Below are positions 26,076 to 39,934 of a DNA stretch of 64,000 bases, piece after piece. Positions within the stretch are counted from its first letter, which is position 1. Every line of letters begins with the position of its first letter. Location of the stretch: the NCBI GenBank assembly GCA_038087875.1, contig CM075998.1, forward strand, positions 992,001-1,056,000, in the 5' to 3' direction. A program made the translations under genes and the position numbers. The stretch is from Malacoraja senta (Eukaryota). The notes under the pieces were generated by a model. It was not told where the DNA came from. It did not search any database and was given only the letters and a program-made list of their open reading frames with translations.

Positions 26076-28729
26076 ACTACCATTTTATGATAACCTGGTA
26101 TTGCAGACACTTTAATGAGCAAACTTCCAGTATAAAGGCTATGACTAATTAGGATCTGGTACGTTTATGATGTGGAGTGTTCACGTCATGACTAGAAGTA
26201 AAGCCAAATTTAGTGATTTACCTATGGTCATAAGTTCAATTTCAAAACCAAGTAATTTCTGAAATAAATTATACTTTTTAATAGTTTAATGTACACTCTT
26301 GGGTGGGAACAAATGTGGTTTTAGAATGTACACAAGCTGGTTTTGGCAAGGCTATTTTCAATTTGTTGGCACTGCTAGTATTGAAGGAAGGGTACACTAG
26401 TGAATAATTAACGAAAGTTGTTCGAGCTGGCTGGTTTAAATTATTCATTCCATCCAGGTCAGTGAGGATGGTAACCGACTTCAGGTGAAATTTGGGTCAA
26501 AGATGTGAGGCAATGGGTTTTAGGAGGGGAAATGGGGCAATATTTTTACGGTGCAATTCTAAACGAGGAGCGGAAACTAAGACTAGGAGGCTAACGTGTG
26601 CATGATGTTTAGATGCAAGGTATGTGTTGATGGGTATGGAGTAATAAATGTAAGGGCGTTATATAAAACTGATATTGTAACACAATGTTAAGGCTTTGAC
26701 GATCTTGTGGCGGTGAATTAGTGGGATATCAGGAGTTGCTAGTTAAGTATAACACTAAGCTTGGCTTTTTCATCTTGAAGTAGAGAGTGCATGCAATAAA
26801 TTTCAGTAGATTGCACATGCTCAATGAAAGCATGTGGTTTGTAACACTAGCAGTTATGGTGACAAAATTCACCCTGCCAAAATTTCCTTGGATTGAAGAC
26901 CGAGTTAATAGAACGAGTCAAAAGATTCTTCTATTGTTAAAAAGAAAGTTACTGTGTAATGTGCTGCAGTTTTTTTAACTTCTAGAATGAGGAATAAAGT
27001 GATTTTGATTAGTTCACCCGTTTATTGGTAGGTTTTCTAGATTGTTCAGGATTGGTTGTTTCTGTTAGTTCAAAGTTACTCATTCATTTTCTATCGCTTT
27101 GATCAATTTTATTTTTTTATTTCCTTGCCGATGGCTGTTGCTTATAGTGTAAATATTTTAATGAAACATGCAATTTCGGCAAGAGTTTGTGACATTTTAA
27201 ATTAACAGACTTGCAAATATTCAGCGCAACTGACCTGTACTGCCGGTTATCGGAGTTCAGCAGTTCTCCCAGAGGGTAGAAATTTGTTCCAGGGCGAATG
27301 AAGGTGTCTATGAGCTCACTCATTAACAAGGAAGAACTGAGTCCTTTAGTACATGGCAAAGATCAAAGAATTTCATTTGAAAGTTTTGATCGACTTCCTG
27401 TCTATGCCTTGCTGTTGATTTGCGCAAGGGCAGCTACAAGGCTTTGTACTGAGGGCAAGCGTGGGGATATTAAGCATTGGACTACTGTTAATGGTGGGCC
27501 ACATTTCATCGGCGTTTGGTATCTCAAATGGTAACCCCGTTGAGCCATATGTTCCATCTGGCCAGCAGAGACGAAAGTTGATGGTGACTAATGTGGTAGT
27601 CCGATCTTGATAACTATATAGGGGTACAAGCAAAGTGGCTGTAGTCAAATTTAATATGACTTTGGATGCCTTTAAAAATCTTGGTAAAACAGTTACCACA
27701 ATGTAAAAGAATTTAGTGAAATGACAGTTACTTCATATGGGTGCAATCTTGTAGAATTGTTAGGGGATAAAGGTCTCTGTAAAGGTTGCAGAGCCCAGTG
27801 GATGTTTGTCCTTCTAAGTGCTTCTATCAGGTCTCCCCACAATCTCTGGCATTTCAGGGAAAACAAGTTTGTCCAACCTCTCCCTGAAACTAATACCCCC
27901 TAATCCAGGCATCATTCTGGTAAATGTTGTGTCTATCTTCAGTTCAAACCAGCATCTGCAATTCCTTCATACACATCATTCTGGTAAACCTGTGCACCCA
28001 TCTACCTTTTTGCTCATTGAGCTATGATATGCAGCGCAGAATTGCTATTTAGGTGTGTACATAAAACCTTGGTTGAAATGATGGATGGGAGCTAGGTGAG
28101 TGCGATTTTTGTTTCTGCAACATGAATTATTAAAATGAAGTCCACTTTTGCATTGGGGAGAACGTGTGTACAGCCGTATCAACTATCTTCTGATTCCCTC
28201 TGCAGTTGACAGTTGGAAATATGGCATTATTCAGAAAATGGTGAACCTTCCATGTAAATTGTAATTCTCATTTCATTTTTTTTTCTCAAACTGTCATTTC
28301 TGATCCTCTTATGGATATTTCTCCAGATGTCCCCCTCAGTCTAATTTTGTTTCCTTTTTGTGGCTAATGTAGCAAAATTTGAATTTTGGGACTTGTATTT
28401 TCCAAATTACCAGTTTGCTTTTGATACAAATGTGACATTTTGCACTCCTCCCCCCCCCCCCCCCCCCCCCCCAAAATCTGGGGACTTTTGCCTAATATTG
28501 AAAGTAATAAATTATTTCTGCAGGAATGTTTCAATCATATCTTTGTATTTATGATAAATTTTTGATGAAATTCAAACCAACATTGGAATGTTGCTTAAGA
28601 TCAGAATTACTAATTGCAATATCTATAACTAGAAATAAGAAAAAATACAAGAAACTTGCATGGTGGTTGTGTTTTGTGGCCTAAGCATTTGATTAATTTT
28701 TCATCTATTAAAATCAAGGAAAAGATGTT

Positions 28730-29525
28730 GAGTGTTTTATTGTCATATGTACCGAAAGAGAACAACGGAATTCTCACTGCAGCTGCACAATTATGTAAAC
28801 TGCTCAATATTTAATATAATAAACAAACAAAAAAGTTCAATAAATAAAAAGTCCAATATGGTGCAAAAACAAAACAAAGCCCAAAGTTCCTCATGCAACC
28901 AAGGCACTTTGTAGTTTGGAGCTCAGTTGGACTTCAAAGTGTTAAATAGCCTGATGGTTGGGAAGAAGCTCTCCCTGCACGTGGGTGTTAGTTTTCCGAC
29001 TCCTATACTACCTTCCCGATGGCAGGAGTGATATGACATTGTGGCCAGGGTGGTGTTGGGTCCTTGATGATGCTGGCTGCCACTGAGGCAACTCTTCATA
29101 CAGATCCTTTCTATGGTGTGGAGGTCAGCACCTGTAAGATGGAGGCCCAATGCCAATTGATGCAGAACCAGGCTGTGATGCAACTAGTCAATACACACTC
29201 TGCCATGCACTAGTAGTCGTTCAAGAGAGTGTTCGTTGACATACCAAATATCCTCGATCTTCTAAGAAAATAGAGGCGTGATGGGCTAACTTTACGATTA
29301 CATCAATGTGCTGGGTCCACGACACGTTTAGAGATATGCAAGCCCAGGAACTTGGAAGTAGTTGACTCCTTCCACCACCACTTGATGAGAGGTTTGTGGA
29401 TCCTCTTTAAAGTTGGTTTTACTGACTTTCAGAGCAAGGTTATTTTTCTAGCACCATTCAATCAGGCGATCCATCTCCCTCTTCACTGACTCAGCATTAT
29501 CTGTAATTTATCCAACAATGGTGGA
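28730..29525 (-). mobile_element. Rex1/Babar LINE remnant
   Basis: ...ESFFPTIRLFN end on the minus strand. Confidence 0.6.
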
Positions 29526-30532
29526 TGGATGGAACCGGTGGTGCAAATTTGTCTTACTGAGACTCTGCCATGCATTTGGAAAATCATCCAATTTGAGTTC
29601 AGCCCAAAAATAGCTTAATTTATCGGCGTACTATAACAACTATGAAGGCTTAAAGTGTAGAGAGAGAGATAGATATGCAGAAAGCCTCTCTTGCAGTATT
29701 TAAAATGGACATTTTGTAGAATTTACCAGAGTTCCATTGTGTGCAGAAGACTTATCTTGACACTGAAGCCGTGAGGTAGTTTGGATGCAAATCTGCAGAC
29801 CTAAAAAAAAACAAGGTTGCATTTTGGTTGCTATGTAGGAAGGAGGTGGATGCGAAAGGTTTTCTGATAATTAGAATTAAGTAGAAAAATCTGTGTTCCA
29901 ATTTTGTTTTGCAACAGAGTTGCAAATTTAGTTGCAGCGGCAACTTAAATCTGACCTCCAAGGGATAGGGCATGTGATTGAGTGCGGCACTACATCCTGC
30001 TAAAGGATCCATTTCTACACTGGCTTGCAGTGATAATTTGACTGGATGGTCGAGTGTGACAAAGAACATGGAATAGGATTGAAAAATCTCAGTTCTGAGG
30101 AAATACATTTGAATGTTGCACGCTGGATTTTAAATTAGGTTGTGAACCTGTAAACTTGTAGACTCGTGTTAGGAAAAAGTGGTATCAGCCCATCTAACGT
30201 GTGCTTGGTCCATTCAAAATTGGCATACCAATATTGTATCGCCTCTAACTTAAAGTGTCAACATGTTTAAAGACCAAGAGAAAATGTAAAAAAATAACTG
30301 CAAATACTGGAAATCTAATCTAAAATAAAAACAAAATACTGGAAACGTTCAGCAGATCAGGCATCTGATCACATAAAAGGTCTCTGCCTTGAAACATTAA
30401 CTCTGTTTCTCTTTCCACAGATACTGCCTGACCTCCTGAGTTGCCAGTACTTTTTATTTTCGTTCAAGAGTAATATTGCTATACCACATAATGGATGATA
30501 TGTTTTACCAGCTTTGAGAAGCTGATAATCTA

Positions 30533-30660
30533 CAGTGCCCTCCATAATGTTTGGGACAAAGACCCGTCATTTATTTATTTGCCTCTGTACGCCACAATTT
30601 GAGATTTGTAATAGAAAAAATCACATGTGGTTAAAGTGCACCTTGTCAGATTTTATTAAA
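30533..30660 (+). mobile_element. Solo Tc1-type terminal repeat fragment (same family as 43834-44756)
   Basis: TA|CAGTGCCCTCCATAATGTTTGGGACAAAGAC... Confidence 0.85.
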
Positions 30661-31540
30661 TCAATGCACTGACAAACACCTTTATTTAAATTGGGATGTT
30701 CTATGTGTGATACAATGATAGCTTGGTTGTTTCCCTATCGATAGTGGAAGTGGATGAATGTATGTTATCAAGATTGTGAAGGAAGAAGAAAATATTCTAT
30801 TCTAATCATAATCTTGGTTGATCATTCCCCAATAAAACTAGTATCCTGAAACAGGTGGTCAGTGTTGGGGTGAGGTTGGGTGGGGCAACTGTGTGCAGAA
30901 TAAAATAACGAGAATTCTGTACCTCTGGGTAAACTCTGGCGGCAGGTAATGAATGGGTGTGGAAGCAAGGAGCTACTGATGCTGGTTTACGAAAAAAGAA
31001 CGTGGGTGTAGTAATTCAGTGGGTCAGGAGCATCTGTAGAGAACATGGAATGGTGATATTTTGAGTCGGGACCCTTCTTCCAACTTTACAGTAAGAGGTG
31101 ATGGGGCCGTTTATGCAGTTCCTTGTTTCTAAGTTAAGGCAGAAATTGGGAGGGTTTTGTTAACGATTGTAGAGCTCCCCCAGGGGAGTTGGGGAGGCCT
31201 TACCCGGAATATTGGGCAAAGGTTTGGTCCCTTACCATTATAACAAAAATGTACTGGTATTGGAGACAGTCACAAGGCTAATAAGACTAGATTCACGAGA
31301 CAAATTTCCGGATGTGAGGGCTGTCCGAGCAACACAGACTAGACAGTTTGTGTCTGTATTCTATGGAATTGAAAGGATGTCTTTATTTATATAAGAGCCT
31401 GTAGGGGCTTGACGGAATGTGTAGGAAAGAACTGCAGATGCTGGTTTCAATCGAAGGTAGACACAAAATGCTGGAGTAACTCAGTGGATCAGGCACCATC
31501 TCTGGACAGAAGGAATGGGTGATGTTTTGGGTTGAGTCCA

Positions 31541-32085
31541 GTTACAGTTTTGGTCCCCTAATTTGAGGAAGGACATCCTTGTGATTGAGGCAGTGCAGTG
31601 TAGGTTCACGAGATTGATCCCTGGGATGGCGGGACTGTCATATGAGGAAAGATTGAAAAGACTATGCTTGTATTCACTAGAGTTTAGAAGGATGAGGGGG
31701 GATCTTATAGAAACATATAAAATTATAAAAGGACTGGACAAACTAGATGCAGGAAAAATGTTCCCAATGTTGGGCGAGTCCAGAACCAGGGGCCACAGTC
31801 TTAGAATAAAGGGGAGGCCATTTAAGACTGAGTTGAGAAAAAACGTTTTCACCCAGAGAGTCGTGAATTTGTGGAATTCCCTGCCACAGAGAGCAGTGGA
31901 GGCCAAATCACTGGATGGATTTAAGAAAGAGATTGATAGAGCTCTAGGGGCTAGTATCAAAGGATATGGGGAGAAGGCAGGCACGGGTTATTGAATGGGG
32001 ACGATCAGCCATGATCACAATGAATGGCGGTGCTGGCTCGAAGGGCCAAATGGCCTCCTCCTGCACCTATTCTCTATGTTTCTAT
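31541..32085 (+). mobile_element. CR1-clade LINE 3' fragment between inverted Penelope pLTR pieces
   Basis: ORF 31563-31994 RKDILVIEAVQCRFTRLIPGM...; flanked by pLTR pieces at ~31425-31540 (-) and ~32088-32182 (+). Confidence 0.88.
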
Positions 32086-33343
32086 GAATCCGAAGAAGGG
32101 TCTTGACCCAAAATGTCACCCATTCCTTCTCTCCAGAGATGCTGCCTGGCTGCTGAGTTACTCTGGCATTTTGTGTCTACCTAAGGGCTTGACAGAGTTG
32201 TTTTCTCTTTTAGATGAGTCACAAAGGTGAGATATAAGCTGCAAAACAAAGATCTGCTAATTTAAAGCTAAGGTGCATGGAAATGTCTTTCAAAGGGTAA
32301 TGAATCTCTGGAATCTTCTGCCCCGGAGGGTGGTGAAGTCTGCATCATTACATGTATTTGAGGTGGAGATGGATAAATATTTGAGAAATATTTGAAGAGT
32401 GAGGAATTGTGGGATTTGGGGAACTGGCACAGAAGAGAAGTTGAGGTCAGCATAGATTGAGGGGCCTTCTGGTCCTATTTTCTTGTATTCTTATGATACG
32501 GGGATTGGGCTGAAAAATGGTGTTCGAGATAGATCAGCTATCTTGTTGAATGGCCTATTTGTCGTCTTAGTCTGGCTGATCTGCCCTTAAGGTTAAAACC
32601 TCTTTCCAAGTTGATATGTTCAAGATCAACTCTAGAAATGGATCATCAGTATGACTTCTTCCCCAAATGATGTCTTAACGCACTTGATCATTGCTACACT
32701 GTCATCGCGACATCCCTCAACCTCACTTTGGCTGCTCTGATCATCTGTCGGTGCTGCTCTTGCAGCTTACAAAGAGAGACCGGAACAGGATTTACCACCA
32801 AAAAGATTGAGAAGAGGGGTATGAGAAGGCCAAGGGTCTACTTCAGGACTGCCTTGAGTTGATGTACTGGAACATGGGCAAGACCACTTCCTCAGTTGTC
32901 ACAGATTCTGTGAAGAAATGTGTTGCTGACTGTGCTTCAATAAAGCCAATATCCAAACTAGAAACAGGGTAAATCACTCTGCTAAAGTCTGGATCCAATG
33001 CTTTCAAGAGGGATAAGCCCGCACTGTACATGAAGGCCAAATATTTCCTCTGCAAGGCTGACAGAGCTGTGAAGAGATTTCCAAAACAAAATGGAGGGTC
33101 ATTTTATTTGTGGATGGCAGGACCTGAATACCATCATGGGCTACAAGCCTAAATTGAGGCGATCTCTGGCATCAATGCGTCTCTGCTGGATGAGTGTAAT
33201 GCCATTTATTCATGTGAACAAGGTGACAATAAACTAATGTGAATCTGAACCCCAATGTCAAAGCTGACAAGCCAGTGCATGGTCTAATTCTGAGTCCAAT
33301 ATGAGAAGTAATGTAGTAATGTGACAGATTATTGTTATCACGT

Positions 33344-33436
33344 CTGAAGAATGGTCTTGACCTGAAACATCACCCATTCCTTCTCTCTAGAGATGCTGCC
33401 TGTCCCCCTGAGTTACTCCAGATTTTTGTGTCTATC
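33344..33436 (+). mobile_element. 93-nt Penelope-derived mini-insertion with TSD
   Basis: TGTTATCA(C/T)GT at 33333-33343 and 33437-33447. The insert starts at CTGAAGA. Confidence 0.78.
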
Positions 33437-34039
33437 TGTTATCATGTTACTGGTTGCGGAAATGTAAGTGTGCAAATCTCTTCATTACAATAATGATCAT
33501 CCTTCCTTAGCTGTGAAGTGGTTAGGGTGGGCCTGAGCTTATGAAATATGCTGTACAAAAATGCAAATGTTTGCTGTTTAATTTGATCATTTCCTGTTTT
33601 CTAGACCCAACGTATATTTCATAAACGTGAGAAGGTTTTTACATAATTAAAAATTTACGTTTCCATGACCCCGCATGCAATATATTACTTCGCAATACAA
33701 TTGCCATTATGATGGAGGTGACCATAGCAGCCATTTTGAGCACAGAAAGGTCCCACAACCACCAGAGTCAAAACAGATGAACAATCAACGGTGGTGGATG
33801 ATGTAAAACCTCATTCTTCAGATAGCGCTACATCATCTTTACCAAGGCAGGTCCAGATGAAAACCTGCCCCGCCAGCAATCTAGCACCCATTGGTACTAG
33901 AAGCCAGCCTGGACCAGAGTTCTGGAGTGGGACTAAAATGGATGCCGATGAGCAGTGAAGGGCCTAGAAGTCAAACATTCGGCGTTTGAAAACGTGAATT
34001 TGGAACGAGGGGGAAAACCAAACGCCATTAGATGTCACA

Positions 34040-35700
34040 TCTGACTTGGAGCGGGTCGGCGCGGTTTAGCCGCTGTGCGCGCGCAAACGCACGGACCGGG
34101 TTGACGCCTAGGCGGAGACGACGGGACGTCCCGCGGCCCGGAGCACGTGCACCGGCCCCACCAATCAGCTCGACGGTCCGGGGCGCGGACGTCAGAGCGA
34201 CGTGGTAACCATAGCGAGCGACGGAGCGAAGGCTGTGCTGGGACGGCCGCTGCGTCACTGTGTCTGGCCGAGGGAGAGAGAGCAGGGGGAAAAAAAAGCC
34301 AGAGTGCCCTAGTACCCACCACACTCGTGTTGCCAGCTTCCCCGCACCCTAGAAGAGCTTAACCACGACAAGCAAAAATGTGAGTAATGGCTCAACCTTG
34401 GCCGCCCCCTGACGCTTTATTCTGCCTGTCCGAGGGTATTAGGATGGGCGGGTGAGCGGCAAGAACCGGGCGCTTTTTCGCCGCGGTAGGCCGCTGCTTA
34501 TTACATGCCCCCTCCCAAACGAAAACACTCAAACCAGGGGTAAACTGGAGTTGAAGGTAAAAGATGAGGAACACTTTTTTTTGCAGCGTAACATACCTGC
34601 GCTTCAGCGAATGCCTGTGAATTTTAAATAAACCCTATATTAAACCGAAGCGGGGAGAATTTCATCAGCGTGCAGGTGACAGTTAGGCGGGGGGGGGAAG
34701 GATTATTTAAACGTCCCGATTGTCTTGTATCTCTGAATGTGTAGCCTTTGGCTGTTCTAATGTATTGTTGGCTTGTGGCCGGTTAGTGTGTGGATGGTTA
34801 AAGGGGAAGAGGCTGGCAGAGCGGCTGTCGGTCGGGACCGCGGCCGACTACACGTGAGGCTCGAGGGGCGCGCAACCCTGCGAGGCTCGGCGGCTCCCAG
34901 CGCAAAATATCTCCCTTCCACCGGCTTTACCCGAAATAAAAGCCATGGCTGGGCCTTCTCATCTTTAATAAACTTTATATTTGTCTGTCCTCTCCTTGTG
35001 CATCTCACTCTCGGCAGCGCGAATGGGGCGGTTCTGAAACGATTTGAGATCGGCGGCTTCTAGAAATTTCTGCCTGTCGCGCGCGGGGGCGCGCTCGCAC
35101 CGGGCATTCGGTGATTTCTTGAAGTATATAAATATATGTTTTTTTTAAATCTCCGAGGCTTTTCCCTCTTCAGCAGCGGCGACTGTTTGACGGCGCAATG
35201 GCGGCTGCCGCTTTGTCGGGAGGAAGGCTTGTTTGTCCTCCCTTGACTGTTGGAGGAGAATTTGACGGGAGCAGCGAGCGCTGTTGCGCAATGTGGAAGA
35301 AACCGCCATTACCGCGGCCCTGGGCCCGACCCCCGAGGCTCTGCTCGGCGCCCCTGCCCTTCAACGCCTCGTGCGCAGATTATAACCTCTCCCATTCTCT
35401 CTTCATAATCTATCTATCATTTTTTTCCCCTCGTTTGTTGCAAGCGGCAGCGTTGCTCACGGATCTCATAGCTTTACTGGCAGACACGTTTGTCCCGTGC
35501 GTGTGCGTGCACGCGTGTATTTTTGCCAGGGCCGTCTCCGCACATGCGATAAACCACGAAGCGTCGAACTACCGCAAGTGTTTAATTTCTATTTATAGTT
35601 TCCATCTATTCTACATTAAATCCAGGGCTTTGGGATGGCCGCTATTCTTAAGAGTTGCATCTGCTGCATTGCGTATGGGTCGATAACGTAGAAGCCATGC
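34040..35700 (+). promoter_or_regulatory. PTGES3: PTGES3 CpG island / promoter
   Basis: CpG-dense. TGCGCGCGCA (NRF1-like) 34076, CACGTG 34144, CCAAT 34161, GACGTCA 34188, TGCGTCA 34251, and YY1-like ATGGCGG at 35198. Confidence 0.85.
34378..34379 (+). CDS. PTGES3: PTGES3 exon 1 coding part: AT of the split start codon
   Basis: gcaaaaAT|gtgagt; exon 2 supplies G CAG CCA. Confidence 0.85.
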
Positions 35701-36774
35701 GTTTATGACGAGTTATTATACCCTAGGGTGTCGTTGGAAAATTATTATTTTTTGCTGTACAGTTTATCTGTTCTTGGTGGTTCGGTTTTAAAGTGGAAGT
35801 AATCCTGTTTTGCCAAAAATATGGGGATTTTTTTGATGGTTGGCAATTCGGTACCTGGTGATGCACATGGAGGTAAAATAAAAGGGGGGTTGGATGTGTG
35901 GACATGGGGGATCTCGGGAAAAAAAGGGGGGGGGGCTAAAACACCAAAAATTCATCAGTTCAAAGTCGGGGACTAATCAGTTGATTCCTAACTTGGGAGT
36001 CCAAAGGCTCAAATTATTGCAGCAAACGGTACTGTACATGGTATAACAGGATGCTGTGAGCAAATCCACCGCCGGCTGTGATATTTATGCGAAGTTCGTG
36101 GTATGAGAAATGTACATATTTTATGATTTAATAGATATTGGGTAAAAGATTGTCATGGTCTTTCCAGTGATATGCCAGCGTGGCATTGTTTCTCTTTGTA
36201 AACTTTTTTTTGATTGAACCTGTTTCCAATTCCTGCTCCTACACTTTAAGAACAGTATTAAAAAATACCATAGCTCTAATCTGTATCTATGTAAGTTTTA
36301 TCTGTATTTTTTCGGAGGGAGTTCCTGTAACTTTAGGCTTAATTCATACCAACTAAATACTAATCATGGTGTGTATCATTTATCTAGCGTGGAACATTAC
36401 GTCTGTCTACATTAACAATTTATCTGCATTTCTGGCTACTTGTATATCCTCTGGTCCATTCACTGGTTTAGGGTAACTTTATTAGTCGTATAGAAATTCT
36501 TGGCTCCAAGGAAAAAGGTATATTCAATTGTTCCTTGTAAACGCTCCATTTCATGCCACAGCAAGATGAACCTCATCTGCAGCTTCTCCAGCGCAGTCAT
36601 GTCCTGTGACTAAAACTGCACACACATTCTTGATGTGGCCTCACTAATGTCTTGTAAAGCTGAACCACGACTTCTATGCACAGTTAATGAAACCCAACAT
36701 GTGTTTCCAATTGCTGGATTGAAAGATACAACATGGAAATAGCCCCTTTGGCCCATTGAGTCCATGTCGGCCTT

Positions 36775-37310
36775 AGATCAAGATTCAAGGGGTTTATTGT
36801 CATGCCAGTTCCATACATGGTACAATCTTGTGCAGTAAATTTAACATTAAATTATAAAGTGCATGCATTAAATTAAATTATAGACAGAGTCCAGTTCAGG
36901 TGAGTTTCAGGGCTGGTTGGTTCAGCAGCCTGATTGCCTGGGAGAAAAAACTGTTCGTGTGTCTAGTGGTACGGGAGCTGTTGCCTGAGGGCAGCAGGCA
37001 GAATAGACCGTGATCCGGGTTGCTGGGGTCTTTAATGATCCTCGGGGCTTTTCCAACGCACTGCCTAGAGTAGATGTCCTGGAGGGAGGGCAGCTTGCAC
37101 CTGGTGATGTGCTGGGCTGTCTGCACCACTCTCTGCAGGGCGTGGCTGGTGCAGCTGCTGTGCCAGGTGGAGATACAGCCTGTCAGGATGCTCTCCACTG
37201 TGCCTCTGTAGAATTTCCTGAGGACCCGGGGGTTCAGGCCGAATTGCTTCAGTCGCCTGAGGTTGTAGAGACCCTGTTGTGCCTTTTTTGTGATGGTGGA
37301 ACTGTGGGTG
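36775..37310 (-). mobile_element. Rex1/Babar LINE 3' fragment
   Basis: ESILTGCISTW...LQRVVQTAQHI...IIKDPSNPDHGLFCLLPSG...NSFFSQAIRLLN. Confidence 0.85.
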
Positions 37311-37537
37311 GTCCTTCACACTGGTTCAATGTTATCCCACTTTTGTGTCCGCTCCCTAGGCACTAGGGAGGCCAATTAGCCCACAAACTCCCATGTCTTT
37401 GGGAGGAAACCGGAGAACCTGGGGGAAACCCACAGAGTCACAGGGAGAACATGCAAACTCCATACAGACAGCACCCAAGGTCGGGATTGAGCCAAGGTCT
37501 CTGGCACTCTGGCTGCAGCTGTGCCACTGTGCTCCCA
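37310..37537 (-). mobile_element. V-SINE (HE1-like)
   Basis: Minus-strand tRNA head and V-domain (ggagtttgcatgttctccctg...ggtttcctccc). Similar copies at ~38545-38785, 41240-41460, 54728-54833, 59715-59886 and 60918-61232. Confidence 0.8.
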
Positions 37538-37824
37538 TTTACCACTCTTCATCAAACTGTGCTGTGACCTTCAGAGATCTTTAGATTTGTACAGCAAGGG
37601 CTCCAGCTGTCCATCCTTGCAAGATTTGTTCCTTCCTAAGTTCACATTGACTGCTGTTAATTAGGTTATTGCCGTAATAAATCCTCTGGTGCTCCTGCAC
37701 TAATCCAAGCTTTTGTGCTGTAAATATTGGTGCAAGTTAGCTGGGAAAAAGAGTTCCCTCTGAGATGGCAGTGGATTGAAAACTTTGTGTTCTCTGAACT
37801 GGGCTGGTCTTGCTTTTTTTAATG

Positions 37825-37915
37825 TAGACAAAAATGCTGGAGAAACTCAGCGGGTGGGGCAGCATCTATGGAGCGAAGGAATAGGTGACGTTTCAGGTCG
37901 AGACCCTTCTTCAGA
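37825..37915 (-). mobile_element. 91-nt Penelope-derived mini-insertion with TSD
   Basis: CT(6-7)AATG on both sides; hammerhead-like core at 37887-37914. Confidence 0.78.
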
Positions 37916-39692
37916 CTTTTTTAATGGTTAGTTTGATGTGCAGGTTTTAAATGTTTTTACAATGAGAGACGATGGAAATTAATGAGCATTAGCCCCGAAT
38001 GAGAGACAATTAGGATTGGTGGTGAGAAGATAAGTGGGGGAGCTAAATAATTGTATTCCAGTGGTCTAGTAACAATGATGGCTTCCAATTGCATGCCCAA
38101 ATCATGCCTTTGTTACCTTAAGCTAAGGAAATTAATAAAGAGCAGTTTAACATGGCTGATGCAGTGGTCATATGAAGGATGTTCTAGTTTATACATAAAT
38201 TGGTTATTTGTTATGAAATGAACATTTGAACCAAGAATGAAATTGAATGCCTCATTTATAGTTGTGGACATTAAACTTGGACTACATCAGCTCTTGGATA
38301 GGCAGAAGGTCCTGTGACATTACATTGGAAAGCAAAGGTATTGTTTACTGCTCTATTTTTCATGGCTGGTCTATTTTCCCCCCTCAACCCCATTCTCCTG
38401 CTTTCTCACCGTACCCCTTGGCGCCCTTACTAATCAAGAGCCTATCAATCTCTGCCCTAAAAATAACCAATATCTTGGCAGCTGTCTGTGGCAATGAATT
38501 CCACAGATTCATCACCCTCTGGATAAAGAAATTCCTCATCGTTTTAGTTTAGGGATACAGCATGGAAACAGGCCCTTTGGCCCGCCCAGTCTGAGCCGAC
38601 CAGAAATAGTCCATATATTTGTTATATCCACACTCGGGGCAATTTTACAAGAGCCAATTAACCTATACACCTGCATGTCTTTGCAATGTGAGGGGAAATT
38701 GGAGCACCAGGAGAAAACTCACATGGTCATATGGAACACTTACAGGCAGCACCAGTAGTCAGGATCAAACCTTGTGCCACTCCAACTGAAGATACCTAAT
38801 TTTACTCTGAGGCTGTACCCTCTGGTTCTAGACTCTCCCATTACTGGAAACATTTTCATGTCCACTTTAGGCCTTTTATTATCCAGTAGGTTTCAATGAA
38901 ATCAGTCTAAACTCCAGTGAGTACAGCCCAAAATGGTCTTTGTTCGTTAACCCAATCATCACTGGGATCATTCTTGTAACCCTCTTCTGGACCCTCTTCA
39001 AAGCCACACCCATCCTTGGATATGGGGCCCAAAACTGTTCACAATGTGACACATACCACCCTGTGCACATCAAAAAAAAAAAACTTTTCCTGCATATCTA
39101 CTTTAAATGTTGCCCTTCTCACTTTAAAACAAACTTGCCCAGCACATTTCCTTTATCTCTTTCACTTTAAAGCTATGCCCTCTAGTCTATCGACATTTTC
39201 ACCTGGGGGGGGGGGGGGGGGGGAGATTCTGTGTACTCTGACAATGACTCCTATCAGGTCTCCCCTCAATCTCTGATGTTCCAGAGAAAACAATCCAAGT
39301 CTGTCCAACATTTCCTTATAGCTAATACCCTCTAACCCAGGCAGCATTTTGGTTAAGCCAGATTTGAGATCTCAATATTTTGTAAAGTAATATTCATAAT
39401 TACCTTGGCTGCAGAGATTTGTGGCATGTATAAGGGCCCAAGGAAGGAAAAAATTGAGGGAAATAAATAGTCATACAGCATGGAAATAGGACCCTTTAGC
39501 TCATAGTGTCCTTACCAGCTATTCTAATCCCATTTTGCCTCTTAAACATAGAAACATGGAAAATAGGTGCAGGAGTAGGCCATTCAGCCCTTTGTGCCAG
39601 CACTGCCATTCAATATGATCATGGCTGATCATCCAAAATCAGTACCCTGTTCCGGCTTTTTCCCATATCCCTTAGCCCAAAGAGCTAAATCT

Positions 39693-39934
39693 AAGGTACA
39701 CAAAAATGCTGGAGAAACTCAGCGGGTGCAGCAGCATCTATGGAGCGAAGGAAATAGGCAACGTTTCGGGCCGAAACCCTTCTTCAGATTGATAGGGGGT
39801 GGGGGGGAAGAAAGGAAAAAAGGAAAAAGGTGGAGGAGGAGCCTGAGGGCTGGGGGAGGGGAGGAGACAACCAGAGGGCTGATGAAGGGGAGGGGACAGC
39901 AAGGGCTAGCAGAATTGGGAGAATTCAATGTTCA
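39693..39934 (-). mobile_element. Penelope pLTR copy
   Basis: Near-identical to 4345-4588; motif at 39760-39787. Confidence 0.8.

Noticed and set aside
27117-27903. Cluster of 60-108 aa ORFs in non-repetitive-looking intergenic DNA
   Set aside because: No recognisable domain or consistent exon structure.
35198-35686. 162-aa ORF starting MAAAALSGG in PTGES3 intron 1
   Set aside because: Lies in a GC-rich island where stops are rare; no homology or splice link to exon 2 recognised.
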